A stretch of DNA of 64,000 nucleotides from Daphnia carinata. Taxonomy: Eukaryota. The translations under genes and the position numbers were made by a program. Within the stretch, counting starts at the first letter, position 1, and every line of letters begins with the position of its first letter. The notes below the pieces were generated by a model, which did not search any database, was not told the DNA's origin, and was given only the letters and a program-made list of their open reading frames with translations. Below are positions 51,965-64,000 of the stretch, one piece after another. The DNA lies in contig NC_081332.1 in the NCBI RefSeq assembly GCF_022539665.2, forward strand, positions 5,580,001-5,644,000, given 5' to 3'.

Positions 51965-54783
51965 ATGGCGTTTTCTGTAAGTTATGGCGCTGGATTATTA
52001 TTGTTTTGTTACGAAGAATCGTGTTTTTGCTTCACGAGAAGCGGGGCAAAATGCACGTAAACTGATCTGTTATTTTCATTCTTTTGCAGTGTGTCCAGAT
52101 TCAGCTGGTATTGGGTCACAGAGCAACTTTACGGACCAAGAAAACTCCTCAAGGGTTCACTCATGACTGGGAAGTTTTCATTCGTGGGCCTGAACGAACT
52201 AATATTCAAAATTTTGTTGACAAAGTAGTGTTTTACTTACACAAGGATTTTCAGAAGCCTAAACGAGGTCAGTTGCAAATTTTGGAACAGATGAGGCATT
52301 TTATTTAAAAGCTTAACCCTTCCAGTGGTTAAAGAGGCCAATGCTGAGGGATCTTATGTGGTTAAAGAATCAGGCTATGGATGCTTTTCACTGCCCATTG
52401 AAGTCTACTTTAAGAACAAGGATGAACCTCGGAAAGTGAAGTTTGAGTATGACTTGTTTTTACAGTCAGAAGGACCACCTATTAGTCATGTGCGCTATGA
52501 GAAAATGACTTTTAAGAATCCCTCAGAAGATTTTAGGATGAAATTAATCAAGGGTGGAGGAGTAAGTTTTCTTGTCATAAATAAAACTTACCTGATTCTT
52601 AATATGGAACTAATGATAAGGTTGGAGTTATAAATGGTGAGACTGGAACTGTGTTGACATCTAGTGAAAAAGTTGAAGAGCCTCCTCCTGTACCTGCAAC
52701 AACAACAACCCCGGCTGGTTCCTATAGTTCGGGAGCCAAGAAACCTCCGGGAACGAACGATGCGTCAAAGAAGCACAAATCTTATAAGGTGGAAAAAATT
52801 TGTTAGTTGCATTCAACGAGATTTCTATATAACACTCCTTTAACTATCTTATAGGAACCCAAAACAGAAGCTTTCAACGATTTGTTTGGAACGCCAGCGA
52901 AACCTGAAAAAGTAGTAGGATCGGTATCAGTCGACGCAAAGAAGTCCTCCGGCAGAGACTCTTCAACCAAAAAAGACTCCTTAACGCTAGCGAAAGAATC
53001 AAAATCAAGCAGCAGTGGTAATTCCAGTGGCAATACAGTTAAATCAGACTCTAAACGGGAGAAGGCAGACAAAGCCGAAAAAGAATCCAAGAAAGAAAAT
53101 GAAAAAGTGTCTTCCAAAAGCTTAAAAGAAAAGGATTCAGAAGGAAAAGGTGACAGAAAGAATCGTAAAGAAGACAAAGTTCGAGAGGAAAAAGAAAAAA
53201 GTAAATCATCTAAAGAAAAAAGCAAGAAAACAGATAAGGAACGTAAAGAAAAAACGAAAGACCGCGATAAGGAAAGCAAAGATAGCAAAGACAAGAAAGA
53301 TGTCAAAGATACTAAGGATGGTAAAGATCCAAAGGAAACGAAAGAAGCTAAAGAGGTGAAAGAGAACAAAGATTCCCGCTCCACGAGCGGTACCAAACTC
53401 CAACAGAAAAACGAAGTCAAAGCTAAAGAAATCAAAGAAGATCCTGATGTGATGAGAAAGATGTTTAGAGATGAACCAGAAGTTAAACACAAAGTATCAA
53501 AGGATGACGCTGAGGGAAAAAAATCAAGCAGAGAAGAGAAAGAGAAGTCCAAATTAGTGAAATCGGAGCCTAGCAAATTCAAGTTAGACAAGATGAACGA
53601 CTTGTTTAAGGACACAAGCAAATCAGAAAAAGAAAAAAAAAGTGAAAAATACAAGGACAAAAAAGAATCAATAAAAATTAAGATGGAACGTCCCTCCTCT
53701 GCGGCATCAGTCACTGCCACGACTCAACTTCCCGTGGTTTCAAAGGGTGAAAAATCTGCCACTAAACCAGAAAAGCGGGAGACGAAGAACAATCTCGAAT
53801 CGGGTAAGGTTCCGCGTCCTGATAAAAAGAAAACTGCTGCATCGATAGTGCCAACCCCGTCGCCGATACCAGAAGAAGTTTCCTCCAAGAAAATACCGTC
53901 ACGATCGAAAGCTTCAGAGAAAAAATCAAAAGAGAATGGAGCGGCAGAAAAGAAAGTTAATGAGCGAAGTCGCGACAAAGTAGAAGTGAAACAAGAAGTA
54001 GTTAAAAGAAAACAGCCAGAAATAGAAACAAAAAAGGAAACATTATCGGCCCCGGTAGTACAACGCGTGGAAGAAAAGGTCAAAGATGTCGAGCTGGTTC
54101 GCAAGGCGGAGAAACCAGTTAAACGGAAGAGAGTATCGTCAACCTCATCCGCATCTTCATCCGCTTCCTCCTCGTCGTCATCTTCCTCGTCTTCGTCCTC
54201 CTCGTCATCGTCATCGTCTTCATCGTCCTCTTCTTTATCAGATGTCTCCAAGCGTATCCAGCCTAGTACAACTTCTACTGCCCCTTCAAAAGTCGATTTG
54301 CGCCCGGTAGAACAGGAAGCTGTTCTGAAGAAGGACAAACCCATTGCGTGCGAAGAAGACTTGGGAAATAGAGCGAATAATGTCAATTCGGCTCCTCGTC
54401 CCAAGACGACAGACGATCGGAAAAAGGAAGTTAAATTAGAAAAAAGAACTATCACGCCGCCCATAAAGCGAAAGCGGAGTTCGAGTCCTGATGCAGATTC
54501 GAATCCTGTTCCGGTGACAGTAGATAATGGATGTAGTGATGGTACAGACAGTAAGAAGGTAAAAGTTGAACTTCCAGACCTTTCATTATTTACGCCAGAG
54601 TACCTTTCCCAGCTAATCGAGTTGCAACAAAAAATTGGAAGTCTCAATGACAAGGAGATTCAGCGCATCGTTGACGTGGTTAAATCGAGTGGTGCCTACC
54701 AAATATCTAACACAAGTTTCGACTTCGACCTTTGCGCACTGGATTCCGGAACAATCCGGCGAATACAACAGTGTTTGACCTGA
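51965..54783 (+). CDS. ear: ENL/AF9 (MLLT1/MLLT3) family YEATS protein, super elongation complex; exons 51965-51976, 52090-52267, 52326-52561, 52621-52788, 52855-54783
   Basis: YEATS domain ([23 protein letters not shown]...[14 protein letters not shown]...[27 protein letters not shown]), K/E-rich middle, poly-Ser, C-terminal AHD ([17 protein letters not shown]). Confidence 0.95.
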
Positions 54784-55283
54784 CCATTCCTCAGTAATCT
54801 ATCCTTCATACCTCTTCCTCATAATTGACTGTTGTTCATTGGCCTTGAAATTTTTGTAATATACTCGTCAAAATTCACTGTCATGCAAATCCGGATTTCA
54901 GCAATCGTTTAACGTAATGTTCGAAAATAAAAGGGCTTTTCGCAATAGTCCCAGAATACAATGGTTTTCGGCCCCTTTGTTCGATGTTTCGCGAGTCAGA
55001 AATTTCGGATAATATCCCCAGTTTTTAACCATTCGTTCCAGCAGTTTCTACGTGCATCAAGCTTCAACATTTGTCATTCTCGACAATTGCAAACCTGAAA
55101 AAACTTGCTACAAAAAAGAATTTTTCCAGAGCCCATGTATTTTCTCGATATCAATCGTATTTGCACAAGAATGTTTAGAATGCAATTTAAACCCAGAAAC
55201 CCAATAACGCGTAAACTGATGCTCAAATCAAATCTCAGTTTAGTGAGAATACGGCAGGGCCCTGGGAACGCATCACCTTTACT

Positions 55284-58983
<3,700 letters not shown>

Positions 58984-59047
58984 TTTCGATGATTTTGGAT
59001 AAACTGCTGGCGAAGTTCAACAAAAAGACGGCACAGCAAAACTGACC

Positions 59048-59320
59048 GTCGAAAAAGAGAAAGACAGGCACGGTAGCGACCTCTGAAGTAGACACTTAGA
59101 AACTCCCCCCTTTATTGAAAACCACGTCTACATGTTGTCGGCAAAATAATTAATAAAATATTTTTATTATTATTCCAACGAAATTCATAAACAAACTATT
59201 TGTGGCAAAAAAATTCATAATTGAATTTTTAATATAGTTTTATTGATAAATTTAAATTATGATATTGTTAGAGCCGAGGTCTGCCAACGGTGTTCACTTT
59301 CTGTTCGTCTCTTTTTGCAC
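59048..59320. promoter_or_regulatory. Divergent eEF2/RpS15 promoter region with a polypyrimidine (TCT/5'TOP-like) start element on each strand
   Basis: Minus strand CCTGTCTTTCTCTTTTTCG (~59050-59068) and plus strand CTTTCTGTTCGTCTCTTTTTG (~59297-59317), with an AT-rich core between them. Confidence 0.65.
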
Positions 59321-59342
59321 TTCGTCCATTACAGTTAAAACC

Positions 59343-60131
<789 letters not shown>

Positions 60132-60367
60132 ATTGCAGTTGCTATGTCACTAAGGTCAATAAACATCCTTCTTGGCCTGAAATTTTATTATTTTTGATAC
60201 ATTCCAAGAGCTGGATGAGCAAGAGAAGCAATTTTCTTAAGTTGTGGTTGATTTAAGGGTTTCTTGGTGGGTGCTTTCTGTTTCCTTTGTTTAGGGTTTG
60301 TCGAATCAGCAGAGTGGTAGGGCATTTGCTGTAGTAAAAATTACAATTAGCTCATCCTAGTGTTAAA

Positions 60368-61900
60368 TCAGCAGATTATTACCCTTTTCCATTCGTTCAT
60401 CAGGTGACTGATTAAGTTTGATTTAGGGCCAAAGCCATATCTATCAATCAATTCGCAATTTTGTGTTACAGCTTCAAAGTCCTTCGAGATTAGCTCCGAC
60501 GTCTTCGAATTGGTGGTTGGCAACAGCAATTCGCTACAAGCCATCGGTTGCATTAAAATCCGGCGATTGCTGCCTAAATATCTGATTTAATCTAACGAAA
60601 TACAAAAACAGTAGCGAAAGATTTACAAGGAATAAGAACGTAGTTGGACAATGTGTTGTGTTCTGTTGCCATCAAAATAGTTCCGTTGTTTCTTCATAAG
60701 AAAAGGATAATTAATAGCTTGAAAAAATTGCATCCTATGTATATAGTACTGTGCTAATTTGCTTAGAGCTTCCCATCGATGATAGTTTGGAGTGTCTACA
60801 TCACTACAAGACAGCAGAAGACATTGACCCTGTGTGCGAATTTGCCACATATCCAGTAAGTAAGCATATGAAATGATGGTTAAATTCTGGGGTATCTGTG
60901 TCTGCTCTGTATTAGAAGGGAGTAAAGCAATCGCGTAAAATTATAGTAGCGTATTGGTAATATTTGAACAACCTCTTCGGGAACTACGAAAATCAATCAA
61001 CAAGTCAACTTTTGCGATGATACTGAGATCGCTATTTGGAAAACTTATCGTTAGATTAGAAGATCTCGTTTTAGCCTTGAAGCAAAATATTTTAGTTTTG
61101 TTTACAGTGTTCTGAATATGAATACCTACTTTACAAATTGCTTGAAAGCTAATATCAAGACCTTTAGTTGGTAGCGAAAAAATCCGAATTTTATCCTTAA
61201 ACATAACATCTTTCAATGAGTTGTCGCTGGTAATCTCTATGATCTGTACAGTAAGTCATATGGCAGAAAGCCAAATAAAATGATCCATTATGAGGCTTGA
61301 GATAAAATTACCTGAATCTGGTTGCTTGTCGCATCTTCGTTCGAACAAAAAAAATCCGCAACTTCACGTTCGACATTTCCTCCCCATTTTACAGTTATTA
61401 TGGTCACCAATAATTTTTTTTGTTTTGTTCCTTTCACCTCCTGACAAAATGTGTCAGAATATCAATAAAATGACACTTAAAATCTGAATACTTGCTTTAA
61501 ACTGTTCCATAGCACTTTGCAGAGCAAAAGTAATGTTGCTCAGTAACTTTTGCTTCTTTTCCGCCAAATTTGCTCCAAACACAGCATTCTATAAATAGAC
61601 AAATTCATAAATCTACCTTCCTAAAGATTTGAATCAGCACCGTACATTGTTGCAAATGATTTTGGAAAGATCATCAAAAGCTTTGTTGAATACAAAAAGA
61701 GACATGTGCTTCATGTCTTGCAAGAACAAAACATCTGTGTACATATTTTCTCCTACAGTGGAGATACCAAAATGCGCCCATGAACTTGCTCGACCCAAGA
61801 TGGCAGTTTCCTTAAGAACCTACAAAAATGCCAATGGAAATAACACATACAGTAGTCGTAATCGAACTCGAGTTCCTTTCATTTTCGAATCACTTGACAA
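60368..61900 (-). CDS. Possible multi-exon gene of unknown function (start and exon phases unresolved)
   Basis: Chain of coding-like segments separated by short intron-like gaps: MYTDVLFLQDMKHMSLFVFNKAFDDLSKIICNN / NAVFGANLAEKKQKLLSNITFALQSAMEQFK / IIEITSDNSLKDVMFKDKIRIFSLP / YHRWEALSKLAQ. I could not build a single clean frame. Confidence 0.4.
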
Positions 61901-62257
61901 ATGGTGATGAGGCGGCAATCTTTGGGCAGAAAATGGCGATGATCTACAATGAAGAACCGCATTTTTTGTCAAGAATAAATCTTCCAGAATACAAAAAATG
62001 AAAAGCCAATCGTATTGCACAGAGAAATCCTCGGTTATTTACGAAAATTTAAACAAAACGAGCGCCTCAGTGTGAGTCACGTTGCCAGATGAAACGGTTC
62101 GGGCACTGAAGCAGATGGCGTTGAACGAAACTTCGTCTGCTTCCAGAGCGTTTCTCTATGTAACATTGTTTCAGAAAGCTTGACTTGGACCTTTTGTAAT
62201 TTCATTTGACAGTTTGTTCCGTTTATTATAAATCAGCATAAGTTACTTACGTCAATC

Positions 62258-64000
62258 ATGGAAACTGAAAATATTGACATGATGGAGGATGGAGAAGTTG
62301 ATGAAGCCACAGAGGTGGGTCTTTCCTAGTACTTCACTGTGAATAGTTTTTTGGCTAGCTAAAGTTTTTTTGGTATAAATGTACAAACTCTCTTTTGTTT
62401 TTGTTTAGGCGAGCTCAAAGCGCGAAAGAAAAGTTTCAGAAAGCATGAGAAATTCGTTTTCTTCATTAGATGAAGAGAAACTAAAGAAAAGAGCTGAAAG
62501 ATTTGGAATTGACGCTGACTCTACAAAGGTGGCACCAGTTACAAAAGATCAAATGAGAGATTTATATGAAAGGTAGGCTGAAATTATAAATGACATATCA
62601 AACTGAACAAATTAATATAGGTTTTTCCAATAGCTTGGAAATACCTGCAGAAGAAATAAAAATTGTTTTGGAATCTGATACAAGTGAGCCTGTTACCCAT
62701 GTTTCAAATCACCGATTTGAAGCAATTCATTTGAGAGGCACAGAAGAAATGAACACCCAAAATGTCTTTGATTATTTCAAGGGATATGCACCTGCTTCCA
62801 TAGAGTGGATTAATGATTATTCTTGTAAATCATTGGTCTAATAAGCATTTTTATATGCCTCATTCATTTTTACATTTTCCACAGGTAATGTGGTATGGCT
62901 AGAGCCCTGGCAAGCTGCTAGAGCAATTCTTGAACGCTCGAGCCGTAGTGTCATCGTTCAACCCACGAAAACCAATGTAGAAGGAGAAACTATGGACCAT
63001 GAGCAGGCCGTCGGTGAACCTGAAGCAGCAGTTCCCATTCCAACTCCACCTGGAATTTGGCGATTAGGTTTCGAATGCCAGCATGCCAAAGCTTTAGTTA
63101 TGCGCTTCGCCACAAGAGCAGATCGCAAGATTAAAGGAGCTGAACGATTAAGCCATTATTACCGTAACCATGGCAATCCCAACTACGGTGGAATGGCTGG
63201 TCTCATCAGTTCCTCTCGCAAACGTCGCTTCCATGGTAAACCTGACCCTACCGAACAGGTTGATTCAAAAAATCCTTGGGGATCTCTTGCTGAAGAATGG
63301 GGAGCTAGTGAACCTGCTGAAACATGGGAAACAAATGAGCCAGCTACAGTATGGGGAGTAAACGAACCAGCAGCAAATTGGGAGCGAAGAATTGAAGGTA
63401 TATCCGACCTCCAAAAAAAGGAAAATTAACTACTTGTTTACAAGCCTGCCGCATTGTCTTCTTTTCTACAGGAAAACGCGTAATTGGAACTGGATTGCCT
63501 TCAGCACTAGTGCGGCGATTGGGACACCAACCACCCCGTCCATCCCCATCGAGATCAAGAGACACAGAATCCGATGCTTCTGATGGCTGGGCAACAACTG
63601 ACAGCGAATCAGGCTCACGTAGTAGCCAGAGTTCTAATCAAGAGGCTGGGCGTAGCAAAAAGAAACGCATACGAATGCGAATGTATGCGGACGACGAGGA
63701 AGAAAGAAATCGAAAAAAGATTTTGAATTCACGGCTGGTGGACACCAGCGAAGAAAAAAACGGCCAATCGAGTAAAGTTCGAACTTCTAGACCAGTACAT
63801 ACAAGGCTGGGACCAAACGTCGATATTTCGCCATCGATCGTTTCTAAACGTACTGATCTGCGTTCCAGACTTGGGTCTTCTGCCTCTACAGCGCTAGTTG
63901 ATTCAGTCGTCCTTCATGGGACGCTTGTACCAGCTGGTGAAGCCCAATTACTCGAAAATGCCAAAATGGATTTGAGAAGCAAATTACAAAGTCGATTGGG
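62258..64000 (+). CDS. NCBP3: Nuclear cap-binding protein subunit 3 (partial, runs off the window end)
   Basis: KLKKRAERFG, EAIHLRGTEEMNTQNVFDYFKGYAPASIEWINDYSC/NVVW, LVMRFATRADRKIKGA...YYRNHGNPNYGGM. Confidence 0.92.

Noticed and set aside
52803..54653. 305-aa and 309-aa minus-strand ORFs
   Set aside because: Antisense shadows of the K/E/S-rich ENL/AF9 exon.

Overview
Eukaryotic (arthropod) genomic DNA. Short 50-70 nt GT-AG introns and the protein sequences suggest a Daphnia-like crustacean; this is inference, not a database result. The window has three zones. (1) 1-~30.3 kb is non-coding, rich in homopolymers and microsatellites, with no credible protein-coding ORF. (2) 30.8-64 kb is a gene-dense housekeeping block: COX11(-), DPH1(-), a halfway/singed-wings-type LRR membrane protein(-), an uncharacterised arthropod protein(-), ENL/AF9(+), eEF2(-), RpS15(+), a possible unknown gene(-) and NCBP3(+, runs off the end). 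(3) A ~9.4-kb accessory island lies between COX11 and DPH1 (31.9-41.3 kb). The island holds three ~2.4-kb cassettes with the same architecture: a (CCCC)T(A/C)TGGCAAT start motif, a decayed intron-containing gene, a ~370-380-nt multi-hairpin element with compensatory and G-U-type substitutions, an A-rich spacer, and convergent tRNA-like A/B-box sequences. Cassettes A and B form a 5-kb palindrome. Cassette C carries a very divergent gene but keeps the structured element. This cassette and its structured element are the best candidate for an undescribed system; I could not assign them to a known family.
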